A stretch of 64,000 nucleotides of DNA from Octopus sinensis (taxonomy: Eukaryota). Position numbers and translations under genes: made by a program. The stretch is taken from NCBI RefSeq assembly GCF_006345805.1, contig NC_043015.1, forward strand, positions 26,102,001 through 26,166,000, written 5' to 3'. The notes beneath the pieces were generated by a model. That model saw only the letters and a program-made list of their open reading frames with translations, ran no database searches and was not told the DNA's origin. Below, one piece after another: positions 39,585 through 56,097 of this stretch; the first letter of the stretch is position 1, and each line of letters starts with the position of its first letter.

Positions 39585-40616
39585 GGTACATTGTACGCGT
39601 TGGCCCTGAAATCCTCAAGAACCACTGACTTCCTGATGATCTATACAGTTCCAAAACAGCTGGGCTTTCTTATCTCCGAGGAGACTTGTATGGAAAGCCC
39701 TCAGCATACAAAAAAAGAAAAGAGAAAAAGACTATGCATGGGTATGTTGCCCGGAAGCTTGAAGAAGACAGTAGAATTGACACGAAGCATAGCCTCTCTT
39801 GGACACAAGACCACTGCATCACATCACAGTTTGGGAGCTATACACTTGCAATACAGGAATAGGAGATTGCCACAAAGTACCTGGTGAACAAGAGAGACAG
39901 TGCCGCTCTTGTAATCCCAACGTGCAACCGCATGTGTAGGCTATGACATGTTTCTGTGGAAGACATCACGCATGTGTTTAGCAGCTGTCCTAAAATGTCA
40001 TCACGGTACTACCTCCCTATGCGGCACGATGTTGTTGGTAAGGCAATTTACAATGCCGTCCACAAAAAGGACTTTCCTGAAATAAACTTAGAAAATCCCT
40101 CTGTTAGGGAATATATTCATAAACACCAACTCAAGGAATTCTGGTGGAATATTCCCATCAAAACGTCTGTCAAATGTAAACATTACAGGCAGGATATTGT
40201 TGTTTAGGACAAAGAGGCAAAGGTATGTACCATCATAGTGGCCAGCAGCCCTGCATATATAAATATCTCTAAATATCAAAGAAAAAGAAGCTATATATGA
40301 ACAACTGCTTCGAAACCTCCAGCTTCTGTAGCTAGACTTCACATGCATACCAATAATAATTGGAGCACTAGGTTTTGTTAGTCAATGCTTAAACGGGAAT
40401 CTGGATAAACTGGGATTTTCAGAAAGAGAAATCGACCGGCTAATTCGTACATTATAAGTGCATTCTGTAAGCGGAACAGTAAAAATATGCAAGACTTTTC
40501 TTAAGTTCCAAATGTGAATTTGTGTGTTAACTACATCCTAAAGAAGGAGCCTTGTATCTTGTGGGAAAACAGTTCACTCCCTCGGTGGAAGATTTATAGT
40601 AATTAAAAAATAGAAG
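39585..40616 (+). mobile_element. 5'-truncated R4/Dong-type RLE LINE within (TACA)n
   Basis: Zinc knuckle (C)R...VEDITHVFSSC, RHDVVG, WWNIPIKT, RQDIVV (PD-like), PIIIGALG, GTVKICKTFL; TACA repeats at both junctions. Confidence 0.85.
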
Positions 40617-40636
40617 ATACATACATACATACATAA

Positions 40637-41165
40637 CAGCATCGGAGCCAGGTATAATGTTTGTTAAAATATGTTTGTGGCATATTTCAACTCCTAAAGT
40701 CAAATTCACTGTAGCTACCGTAGTGAAAAAATTATCTCTTGCAGTAAAAGGTGCAAATACTCTACCTGTGACAACTGGTTTACTCTATCGGTTTCTCAGC
40801 CGTGCCTTCCTGACATTTGGGCTTCGTCGTTGGGAAATATCGAAGAGAGATGAGACAGTTTTATCTAGAAAGCAGTGAACATCAATGTGATTTAGTAGCA
40901 CTAGTGGTTCGCCTGATTAGAATTAAAACGGCAGCATCAGCATCAAGCAGTGATTTGGAATAATCAATCTTTAGATTAGTTGAAATATGCTCGTGGCATA
41001 TTTTAACTTCTAAAGGCAAATTCTCTGCAATTATGGTGAAGAAACAAATCCCGATTATGGTAAAAGGGTTAAACATATCATATTTGCTCAGTACTTCTCT
41101 CTTCAAGTTTTCGGACGCGTGTTTCTGGCTTTTTACCGTTGCTCAATGGGAAATATCGAAGATAG
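40637..41165. repeat. Diverged tandem duplication, period 316 bp
   Basis: GTT(A/G)AAATATG-N7-CATATTT(C/T)AAC at 40663 and 40979; TGGGAAATATCGAAGA at 40831 and 41147. Confidence 0.85.
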
Positions 41166-41302
41166 GTAACCCTGGGGAGATACATGTATAATGTACATGT
41201 ATAATGTATGTACGTACGTATGTATGAATGTATGTATGTATGTATATATGTATGCATGCATGTATACATGTATGTATGTATGTATGTATGTATGTATGTA
41301 TG

Positions 41303-41333
<31 letters not shown>

Positions 41334-41732
41334 CTATGGTTAGCAAGTAAAAACGAAGCAGTGAGCGATAAGGATAATATAGAAAGATTTTATGGCTTTT
41401 TAATATTCTTATTAAAAAATAAATATTAAAAAATAAATATTTGCAAGAAATTAATCTTTGGTATCATTAAAAGACCAATTCCTTTACATTTCTTCTCTCT
41501 TCCTGCCCCTCTCCCGCCTTTTCACTTTCTGTTTGTCTGTCTGCCTGTCTCTCTCCCCCGCTCTCTCTCTCTCTCTACCTCTCTCCCTCTTACTTTCCTG
41601 GCAAGAAATGTTTACAATGTTGTAGAACAATCGTCTGAGAATTTGACAGAAGGCATTTCTTTGAGGCTTTGATAAATCACACACGCGAACACGCGAATAC
41701 ACACACGCACACACATATCTGTATATACATAG

Positions 41733-41779
<47 letters not shown>

Positions 41780-41784
41780 ATATG

Positions 41785-41917
41785 TAGGTCCCGGGTTGAT
41801 TCGGGGTTAACCACAGTAAATAAGGTACTCAATACATAGCAGAGTAAAATTAATTTATTATATAGAAGGAGCTTCTACAGGACTAGAACTGTTTCATTCA
41901 AGAGAAATCTTCAGGAA

Positions 41918-41920
<3 letters not shown>
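41785..41920 (-). mobile_element. Short PLE-terminus-like fragment between (TA)n tracts with degenerate hammerhead core
   Basis: Minus strand GCTTC-CTGAAGA-TTTCTCTTGAAT-GAAA-CAGTT...GAAGC followed by AATAAA. Confidence 0.4.
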
Positions 41921-42008
<88 letters not shown>

Positions 42009-42369
42009 GTTTGTATCTATGTGTGCATGCAGGAGGAGTGTGTGTGTTTGGATAATAAACAGAAGCCAAGAAGGAAACATCGTAATCAGCGATAATATTT
42101 GTGTTCATTTTGTTCCTGTTTGTTTCTTTGTTTCTTAGTTAGTTTTACTCTCGATTTCTATGTTTTAACTGTGTTTGAGTGTTGCTGTTGTTGTTGTCTT
42201 TTAGAACTGTTTTGTTACTTCCCACTCTTGTTCGTATATCAAGCGTTTCACAGTCAATGGAATATGTTCAAAGAGAATGACCTAGAATATAAGAAGTTGG
42301 AAGAATTTGAGAAGAGGTGGAATGAAGGAAGGACGGTGGAAGACAATAAGAGACAAAGAAAAGGATTAA

Positions 42370-42775
42370 CGTAGAGGCTGTGAAGGAGCCAGAATGAAAT
42401 CAACTGAGAAAGAAAAGAAACTTGAAAGATTGGAAGATAGAAACAGTTGAAAGAGGAAAGGAAGGAAGGAAAGAAGAAATGAACAAATGAAGAAAAGAAA
42501 GAAAAAAAGAAAAAAGAAGGAGCTAACGAAGAAATGAAATGAAAGAAAGGGGCTGAATGAGGGAATAACACGCACAACAATAAAATTAATGAAAACTAAA
42601 AGAAAAAGTGAAGAAAATAAAGAAAGGAACAAAGAAAAAATGAGAAGGGAAAAAGGGAGGAAAGAAGAAAGAGAGATAAATTAGGGAGAGAGACAGAAAG
42701 AAAGAATGAAAGAAAGAAAGAAAGAAAGAAAAAAGAAAGGGAAGAAATAGAAGGAAAAGAAATGGTGAATTTGGA
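42370..42775. repeat. GAAA-rich low-complexity purine tract
   Basis: Visible; explains the poly-F/S ORFs. Confidence 0.9.
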
Positions 42776-43929
42776 AGGAGATGCATAACAATTTATACAT
42801 CAATATTTTATGGCAACCAACAAAGCAAAGGTATATATGTAGAAAACACACACATACACACACATACATACAGATATTGTGTGTATGTATGCGTATTTGT
42901 TTGTGCATGTGTGTGCGTGTGATTAATTGAATGCTTCACGTTGTTTTTTTGCACTTTCATTTTAGTTTCTCTTTGTTGTTGTTGTTCCAGCCATTGATTT
43001 TGTTGTTGTTGTTGTTGCTGCTGCTGTTTAAGCGTCAGGTCAGCTTTACCTGGACAGAACTGTAATGGAAGTTTTTGCAACCGTGACCTTCCCTGTTTAA
43101 TGAATCTGTAGTTACCTTGGCAAGACATTAAACTGCATCCTGTAGTGTAGCTCTAGATCACGGTGTTGGTGGTGGGGGGTGCGAGATTGTGTTGGTGGTG
43201 GTGGTGGTGTTGGTGGGGGCGGGATGGTATTGTTGTTGTCAGTGGTGGTGGTGGTGGTGGAGAGTTACCTCTCTTCATTATTGTTGCCAAGTCTGCTTAG
43301 TACCCGTCAAATGAGCCTGTGGTCAAAATATATGGGAAGAGGGTTGCCATCTAATCGTGCGTCGAGTAGACCCACAATTTTGTAGGCTTCTTCTGGTTTC
43401 TCGCAAACGAGTCACAATACCTTAGGATTAAATGCACCCTGCATCTCAAGGGTAGGCCCAGTGGAGGGGGAGGTTGACAAAGTAACCTAGAAATAAAAGA
43501 GGGGAAGTCACAGGAAAATTATTACTGTAGCTTTCCCCCAAAATTTGCATCTTAAGATTTAGGTAAAAAGATTCCTAACTTCTGACTCAGTAAGCATGGA
43601 ATATGAAGAGAGAGAGACAGAGACAGAGAAAGTGATTGAGAGAGATATGACTCTACTATCTAATGAATCCTTTCATTCAAAAGTTATTAAGATGACCAAT
43701 GTGTGCTTTGAGGATCCACCAACCTGCTGTGTCCAATAAACCCTGCAAACTCAAAGAACTACTTTCATTGGCTTAATTTCCCTTATGGCTGTTGATGTTG
43801 TTTATAGATAAGCAATGACCGAGGGAACATTCTGCCCAAAAGCTTAGCCTAAAACGAATACTACAACATTCTTGATCTAACTTGGAGCTTACTTATTTAG
43901 GACGAAAGTGTCTGATTTGAGGCAGGTTT

Positions 43930-44070
43930 AGCTGTTATTTATTGGGGTTAGTTCAAGTCCTGCAGAGTTCAACTTTGCTTTTCATCACTTCAGATTCGAC
44001 AACAAAGGATCTGTCAAGTAGTGGTATCGATGTAGTCGACTCAGCACCTCCATCTAAAATTACTTGTGAG
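43930..44070 (+). mobile_element. Degenerate SINE core fragment
   Basis: GTTCAAGTCC..AGAGTTCAACTTTGCTTTTCATC...TCGAT.TAGTCGACT similar to the 14709 family. Confidence 0.55.
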
Positions 44071-44432
44071 CCACGCACAATTTGTAAAACTTTATAACGG
44101 ATCGAATGATTCAACAAAGCTCTCTCGTAGCCGAGCTAAATGATTCGGTCTTTTACATAGGAAAGCTGTTTGGGCAGGATTAAGGACATTAAAACACCAC
44201 GGTTATCGGTTTGGGATAGTGGAATCATGGTAAAGCTGTTAATTCATGGAAGGAAAAAAATGCAGGAAATAATATAGATGGAGGAATTTTTAAAAGAGGA
44301 TCAAGATCAGAGGCAGATCTTATTATAGACGTTTGTGAATGAGTTGTATAAACGAATCTATTGATGTAAGGATGAGCGTACGCCTGTCTACATGTATGTA
44401 TGTGTGAATGTATATACATTAGAAAAATGTTA

Positions 44433-44524
<92 letters not shown>

Positions 44525-45269
44525 ACATGTATATATGTATACATATATATATATGTATATATGTATATATATACATGTATACATGTATATATGTATACAT
44601 ATATATATATGTATATATGTATATACATATATATATATATATATGCATGTGTGTGTGTATACATACATATGCATATATATGTGTGTATATATACGCATAT
44701 GCATACACACATTTACACATCTACGTATATGGCGTTCAACAAAGCCCTCTTGAAATCACGAAATATCTCTTATTCATAGCGCACCATGGCTCTATAGCGA
44801 TAGAACAGAGATAGTGTGAAAGCTACGGTGTTGGTGAGGTACATTTTAATGTATGCCTCTTACACGAAGCAGTCGTACCAGCTTCACAGCATTCACAATT
44901 TTTCTGAGGAAATGTGCAAACACATTTCATAGAGAAGAGTATTATATTTCGTATAATACACCTTTCATATGCTGTATTATCTCATATTATTTTATTACCT
45001 CGATTTGTAGTTAGGCTTTGATACTTATAAAATTCATAGAGTTTTATAGCATTTTATCATAAATTTACCGCATATGTATTAATACATTTATACATTCATA
45101 CATTTAACAGGCATTATATATTATCCTTAGAAACTCGTATAAAGAAGTGTATATAAACTATAAATTGCAATTTTAACACGATGTTTTATATATACATGCA
45201 TGTGTATGTGTGCATCATGTGTGTATGTGCATACGTACATACATATTTATGCCTTTTCAGCGAAGTTTC

Positions 45270-45304
<35 letters not shown>

Positions 45305-47917
45305 TATACACACACATACACGTATATACATGCATACATACATACATTTATATATGCATACATACCTACCTACCTACATACATACATGCATACAAACATA
45401 CATGCGTACGTACATGTATGTGTGTTTATATCTTTATTCATATATGAATGTATGCATATGAGTGTTTGTGGTGATATAAAGAAAGAAAGAAAAGAAGAAA
45501 GAAAGAAAGAAAGAAAGAAGGAAAGAAACAAGGCAAGAATTTCTTGCCAAGATTCAAGATAGAATGTGATAAAGTGGGAGACGTTTACATAAAAAGGCGT
45601 TGTGCTGCATAAGAGAAATTGAATATCGTGTTGAAAAGGATATTTTACGTATTTAAATGGCTGTGCACCTTCCACTTTGCAGAACCCGAGGAAAAAAGGT
45701 GATGGTATGAATCAGCAGCAAATTATTCTCCAAGAGTATTGGTAGAATTTTGGTTATTTCGATTGGCGTCGGGGAGAAAAAGAGTATGATTTGTTTTTCT
45801 TTATTGTTAAGAGTTCATTGGTGAATAAAGTGAGTGAAAAATGCTGTTGGCCTAGTTATGGTGTATTGTGACGGGGGAATGTAGTGTTGGGTTGATGTTG
45901 TCAGCAAGGGTGATAAGACATAGAAGGGTTTATGTGTGAGTAGGAGGCATGGATGGGGGAAACAATGTTCAGAATGATGTTGGTCAGAATATTGTAGAAA
46001 TTGAATCAAATATCAATAAGATTAATACACTGATTAACTGTATCGAATGCACGTGCAAAGTTGTAAACAACTCAGAATAATTACCGAAAGACGCCATCTG
46101 CAAGAAAAAGCTAAAGTTAAGTCAGCTGCCCTCTTGAAAGTGAAGTGTGCCTGAAGCAAACGAATGGATTAGGCATAATCTCGTTATATAATGACAGTTC
46201 CACTTGGCATAGTACACGGACGGTTAAGCTGAGTAATTTCTTAAAGGCTTTCATTTATGCTATCAAGCATTAAATATGCTCAGCTAATCCTTTCTGCAAA
46301 GTTATCGTACAGTGACGTTATGTGAATGTCATAAAACATTCCCTGAGTAGCTATTAGTCCTATTGCAGATTTTATTGAAAACTCGGAATTACTGCTGCTA
46401 TAGCAAAACCTATACCATCGAACAATGGATTTTATAGTTAAGACGTTCACTTGGAAATGGTTCCGTCTATGATTGTATTATGACATAAACTTAGACATTT
46501 CTCATTCCTCTTAACGAAATATTCACAGTATTAAATACTAAATTTACTGTTGTCTTTCATAATGACATCGCATTTAAGTAATTAGTTTCAATGATACCTT
46601 CTGATTTTAAGATTCTAATTTTCTTCCCATGACTATATAATTACGAAGTTTTGCATCGATTTAATGGATTCTCTCGTCACAGTTTCGACCTTTACCGAAA
46701 GAACTAGTTCAGATTTATTTTCTACCTTTAACGAAATAACATTAAATTTTTGTACATGCTGTTGACTTTACCTTGCAGCACAGGTATTTCTTGTCGGGTA
46801 GTTAACATTCACTGAATTATATTTTGTTTCTAACATAAGTACAAAGATAGAAAGTGTTTGGAAGGTTAACTTCACTCCACGTTTTGATCGACGCAGCAAG
46901 GTTGAGCGGCATTGTTGAAAACTGCGAGAATTCAACGCTAAGCGTAAACGACCGGAGGTGAAAATGTTCAAACGATTTGTTTTGTCAGTCCAACACCTTT
47001 ACTCACATCATTCAATATGCTAATAATAAGTTACTTGTTTTGATGAACGTAGCGTCTCTAAGCAATTAAAACAAAATTAAGATTTTCAGATTTTTGAAAT
47101 AAGCCAATTTACGAAATTCTAAACTAATTTAAGCTTAACTAGTCCAAGATAATGTTAATGTCGTCACTAATATAATTAATGTAATAAACGAAAGCACTTC
47201 GATTAATTAAAACCACGTCGAGGAGGGAAAATAATTTGATTAATTCTAAGTTGTGGTAAAGTAAAGCAAGGGAGACAACTTTTACTTTCTGATTGATTAA
47301 AATATAATTGATTGAAACATAATTGATTAAAATATAATTCATTTGAATATTTAATGCAAACAATGTGCTTGGAAGTGAATTTGATCTTGTTACGTCACGG
47401 CGACAATTAACATCGCTGTGGCACGCGGATTCTACTTCGGCATTCATTAAGATTCTCAGTCATATTAGTACTCGTTAACAGTTAATGTTTCTTCTTCGTT
47501 TAGCTAATCATGAGATGAACTCGGGATAAAACTAGGACCAGGTAATCCGAAAATCTATCATAAATTAACGTTAGTCGAATGTTAATAACGCTTTCAGTGA
47601 GTATCACTCAGATGGTATGTTTTATTGAATGCTCCACTCGGATTTGCTGCAATAGCTACAGAGAAAAAATATTCCCCCGTGTAATGGCGTTTACGTTGAC
47701 GGTTTCCTCGTGGAAGGCACAAAGCTCTGATGGTGATACGTTGTTAACTTGGACATTTCTCATCTTCCTTTATTCCGAATTCATTAATGTGTTGCAAGTG
47801 AAATAAGGAAATATCGTTAACAAAGACCGAACATTTATATGTGTGTGTGTGTATCTTTACACATATCTACATACACATATATACGCCCACATACATATAC
47901 ATACAAATACACTCATA

Positions 47918-47956
<39 letters not shown>

Positions 47957-48472
47957 TTTAAATTCAATTATGGGAAACGTTTTTGAGTGTCGGTTTCAGC
48001 CTAATGATACCAACTTATAATAGCATTTTTATGGGGTTGTACAGAGTTGTGCCGATATAATGCAGGACATATATAGTAATAAAAGTAATAATCTATAATC
48101 ATTCCCTTCGCTCCTTCCATCACCTTCTCCTCACGAAATACACACAGAACTGCCCAAATAATAAGGAAATATCCTGTAAACATTTTCATAGGTGAAAATC
48201 GATAAACAACCTTCACCTTCAGTAATATATTCGCTGCTCTCAACGTTAATGCCATATCGCCTGAGGAAATGAACACATGAATTATGATCCATGGATACTA
48301 TGGGCGGAACTGTAATCGTCCCGGAATACGGAGTATGATTGCAAGAAACGTCTGACCTTTGGAAACACGCGTAGCGATGCATAAAATATTTATAAATTTC
48401 ATCCATGTATTATTATTGCTATCACTCTGTGTATATATACATATATATATGTGTGTGTGTGTGTATATATAT

Positions 48473-48515
<43 letters not shown>

Positions 48516-49055
48516 TGCGCAAAACACGCACACACATACATAATGTCAAATATATGAGCGGTCATGTAAAACTGTAACTGAATCAGAGCCATCACTCAGA
48601 AGTGAGAATGGCTTTATATCATTCACCTTGCTTTCTCTCCAGCCACCTTTCACACTGAAGAGCATCGAGGATGTTATAGCCAGAGCATGGCAGTTTCACC
48701 AGTACTTGGCTGCTGCAGTCCTGCTGTGTAGACTGGAACAAGATGAAAAAGAGGGAGCTTTGCTCATAGAGAAAACGCAGTATAGCGTTCATCAACTGAA
48801 TGCCCGAACTGACGACTGGAAACCAAATATCTCCAGTACGCCATAAACATTTTCGGATCTACAAATCTGAGTGGTAAGAAACTGAAATCGCGATATGAAT
48901 ATCACATTTGTATTAACTATCTATCCATTTATATATTCCTCCTCTCTCTCTCCCACTTTCTCTTTCTCTCTCTTTATATACATATATATATGTATGTATG
49001 TACGTATATATGTATATACATATATACATATGTATGTATATATCTATATACATAG

Positions 49056-49092
<37 letters not shown>

Positions 49093-49514
49093 ACATGTAT
49101 ACGTACGTATGTATATGTGTGACTATGCATGTGTTTGTGCGAGTTCAGGCATGTATATATATATATATATATATATATATTCGTTTTGTAAGATTCTAAC
49201 ACACACACACACAAACATGCACGAAATTTCATTCACCTTGCTTTAAGAACACAACTAACAATGTCAGCAGCAGCGACGGTGCCACCGACGGCAATAACAG
49301 CAACAACTACCACGATAGCAACACCATGGGAGAAGGCACATATACAGAAGAATGGAGGAACTGTACCATATTTTTTTCGGGTCGTAGGACAGCCACTGCA
49401 CAATGAGGTGAGAAGCTGGGGCTGAGGGGAAGACTATACTGCTACTAAAAACTATATCATGCACACAAGCATACACACACATACACACACGCGCACGCAC
49501 GCACACACACACAC

Positions 49515-49555
<41 letters not shown>

Positions 49556-49885
49556 GAAGGACAAAAACGCATGCGCACATAAGGATAGGCATCTTAGAAG
49601 AACAGAATGGAGTAAGTGGAACAAGAGCACAGGTGAAAAGTGTTTCTGAAGAAGTAACAGATATGTGATGAAAGATTTCCGGACAATGGACATGAGTTAA
49701 AATAATGAAATAAGGACAGTAATAAACGAGTGAAGAAAAATATATATAGTGCGTGTGTTTGTTTAGAAAAAAATGACCATCCCGAAATACAACAATTTAC
49801 ATACATACATAGATACATACATATATATGTATATATATATATATATAAACACACACACACACTCACACGCACAAACACACACACA

Positions 49886-49922
<37 letters not shown>

Positions 49923-49926
49923 ACAG

Positions 49927-49979
<53 letters not shown>

Positions 49980-51082
49980 CTTGCATACATGCATAGTGTT
50001 ATATTATATTTTGCGCTTCGAAATGATGCTATCACATCGATCGACCGATATTTCTAGAACTTTTCAGCTTTAGCTCCTGGCACAAGTGCTTATTGGTAGT
50101 TATTAAATGTTATTAGTGTTGTTTGATATCTCTGTTTCATCGTGAGGCGAAACTGGTTTGAATGAAGAAGCAATATTCTCTAAATACAAAAGACCAGAGA
50201 GCAGAATGAAAATCAACAAAGCATGTATTAAAGGTTTATCCGAATCAAATGCATTTTGACTATAAATTAGATGAAGAGGACCTCGAAAAATGCTAACGCA
50301 GCATACATTATACCTAACCTTGAACAGTTATTGATAATATACTACAAACATATTGTAAATAGCTTATAGAAAATGAAAATCTTCCTATAAATAATGGAAT
50401 GTTGAGGTAAAACTGCAACCTGTACAATTTTTCCAAGTTTACCGTGGATTATATGAGAGAGGACGATTTACAGACTCTAATTTTCGATGAAAGCCATACA
50501 TTGTCGATCGATCTTCTTTATAAACCGATCCCATACTGGCACTCGCAGAATTTATAAATGTGGGACGTATTGAGTAGCATGTTACTAGATATAAAATGCA
50601 CTAAGGCGATGCTATGGTCACGATTGGAGTTCTCTAAGTAATCATAATTTGCAATCATGACTGACCCTGTGTAAGAAATGGGTCTAAGTTAATGATGGAT
50701 TTCTATTTTTTACTGATAATTGTCATTCGACTGAAGACCTGCTGTTTTAATGGATCATTTTCAATCATTAATGTGTTTATCTGATCAGAACTGGAACTGG
50801 AAATACACACGTTACTACCACAATAACCTTCCTGATCTCTGTCAGCTAAATAATACAATCATAGAGCAGTAGATGAGCAGGGTTAAATCAACTGCGTGCA
50901 TTTGTCCCTTTGCACTATTAAGACAGGTAAAAAAAAAACACGAAGGTAAGGATCTTATAAATCACTGTTTTGCTGAGAATTCCGCGAAAGTGTTAGCATC
51001 CAGTGTTGACGGTCAAATAGCATTCAGCCACGTAAGTGATACTCAGTTCCACGTGACATTTCAGAGAGAGTCTCCTTTCAGC

Positions 51083-51291
51083 CTATTTCTGAGCACAAGC
51101 CCAGCAATTTCGAGGAAGGGGCTACGTCGAATTCATGGACCCTAGTACTCAACTGGTACTTATTTTATCGACGTTGAAGGAAAAAAGGCAAAGTCGACCT
51201 CGGCGGAATTTGAACTCAGAATGTAATGAAGGGCGAAATATCACCAGGCATTTCATCCAGTGTGCTATCAATTCTGCCAGCTAGCTGCCTT
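51083..51291 (-). mobile_element. tRNA-derived SINE abutting (TAA)n
   Basis: AAGGCAAAGTCGACCTCGGCGGAATTTGAACTCAGAA core; head ends at CTGCCAGCTAGCTGCCTT. Confidence 0.88.
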
Positions 51292-51298
51292 AATAATG

Positions 51299-51334
<36 letters not shown>

Positions 51335-51347
51335 TAATAATAATAAT

Positions 51348-51532
51348 CTAATTGGGTGCCCACCTGCAGGGTCACGCGCTGCTTATCTTGATACGCGATC
51401 ACCATGTTGCGCAGATATGGTTGTGATGCATGTGTCTAGTGTACGCTTATCAGATAGTTGGGTATATTGGGCTTCGTATATTTGTACTCGAGTGTCGCTT
51501 TGATGGCATACGCTGCTCTCTCACTCACTCAC

Positions 51533-51533
<1 letters not shown>
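51348..51533 (+). mobile_element. 5'-truncated copy of the ~530-bp (TAA)n-associated element
   Basis: Reverse complement aligns with 52240-52405 and 52786-52945; (TAA)n on both sides. Confidence 0.85.
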
Positions 51534-51591
<58 letters not shown>

Positions 51592-51924
51592 TCTATAAGG
51601 TTAATGACACCATACACATGAATGTGTGCTACCTCGAAATGCAACAGATAGCAATAGGCCTCCAGTCGACCCAAAATATCTAAATTATTGAAGGACATAC
51701 TGTAGAATATCGATATTAAATAGGTTATAAGAGATGGGGATGGCCATGGTGGAACAACTTATATCATAAATCTGGAAGCAAACGGATAATCAGACACAAT
51801 AATAGCAATTATTAATTATTAATTCTACATCCCCTAAACACTCACCAAAACCATCATGACTGCCGTTACTACTGTTACTACTACAATTACTACAGGTCTC
51901 GCTGTTGTTGCTGTTGCTGCTAAT

Positions 51925-52239
<315 letters not shown>

Positions 52240-52767
52240 GAGTGAGAGAGCAGTACATGCCATCAAAGTGAAGCCCAGTATACCCATCATGACTACCCGT
52301 CTGATAAGGTTACACTAAGCACATGCATTACAACCATATGTGCGCGACATGGTGAACTCATATCAAGATAAACAGCGCATGACCTTGCAGGTTGGGCCCA
52401 GTTAAAATTTTCTTCTGGTCGAGTAACACATCCCGCTCAAAGGGTCCCTGAATAAGGATTGTTTAAGGATGTTGAACGAACCACACATGTTTCCAAAGGT
52501 GAATTATCCAAACCTCCAAGAATTCTTTTCAACACACGGCTATGATGCTACCCCACTACTTCTGCTCACGGTCAGAGATGCACATATCATCAGCCACTAA
52601 GGGACATGGTCAACTGGTAAAGGTCAAACAACTGACAAGCAAATCTGTGGTATTGAGCAGAATATTTGCTGTAAGCCCTTCTTTTATACCAAGACAAAAC
52701 AATGTACATGATAACACTTCCAATCAGTTTAGTTCAGAAGCCATGAGAGCCACTGTCTGGTACTGCA
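52240..52767 (-). mobile_element. ~530-bp non-coding (TAA)n-associated element, copy 1
   Basis: Collinear with 52786-53317; separated from it by (ATT)n; no ORF and no tRNA head recognised. Confidence 0.85.
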
Positions 52768-52785
52768 ATTATTATTATTATTATT

Positions 52786-53315
52786 GAGTGAGAGAGCAGT
52801 GTAAAATATACGAAGCCCAGTATACCCATCATCACTACTCGTCTGATAAGGGTACACCAGGCACATGCATCACAACCAAATGTGCGCGACATAATGATCT
52901 CATATCAAGATAAACAGCACATGACCTTGCAGGTGGGGCCCAGTTAGAATTTTCTTCAGGTTCAGTAGCCCATCCCGCTCAAACGGTCCCTGAATAAGGG
53001 TTGTTTAAGGATGTTGAAAAAACCACCCATGTTTCCAGAGGTGAATTATTCAAACCCCAAAGAATCCCTCTCAATACATGGCTATGATGCTCCCCCACTA
53101 CTTCTGCTCGTGATCAGAGATGCACATATCATCAGCCACTAAGGGACATGCTCAACTGGTTAAGGTGAAACAAGTGACAAGCAAATCTGTGGTATTGAGC
53201 AGAATATTTGCTGTAGCCCATCTTTTCTACCAAGACAAAACAATGTACATGATAACACTTCCAATCAGTTAAGATCAGAAGCCATGAGAGCCACTGCCTG
53301 GTACTGCATCAGGGC

Positions 53316-53317
<2 letters not shown>
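52786..53317 (-). mobile_element. ~530-bp non-coding (TAA)n-associated element, copy 2
   Basis: As copy 1, roughly 85% identical, with a different deletion near the 3' end. Confidence 0.85.
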
Positions 53318-55640
<2,323 letters not shown>

Positions 55641-55771
55641 AATAGTAGTTACAAATGCTACCAAAACATTAACAACACCATCGACAGCACGAGATTAACA
55701 ATCACAATCACACAATCAACTAGAGCTAAAAGAACAGAGATGTGCATCATTAAGAATAAAAAGGATAAAAC

Positions 55772-55825
<54 letters not shown>

Positions 55826-56062
55826 CGGAAGTGTTGGAGAGGAAGAAATATTTCAAAATATCTATAAAGATATATCAAGAAGATTGATATATTTTTATAG
55901 AATTTACTTCATAAACGACTTCCGGCTAATAACAGAAAGAGAGAAAGAGAAAGAGAGAGAGAGACACGTAGACGGACAGAGAATAAAATCATAATGAATA
56001 TATGTGTGTATGCGTGTATATATATATATATTGATAGATAGATAGACAGATAGATATATAAT

Positions 56063-56093
<31 letters not shown>

Positions 56094-56097
<4 letters not shown>

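Noticed and set aside
49321-49375. Dystrophin-like WW domain (PWEKA...VPYF)
   Set aside because: Lacks the NH..T.W..P second half; similarity too short
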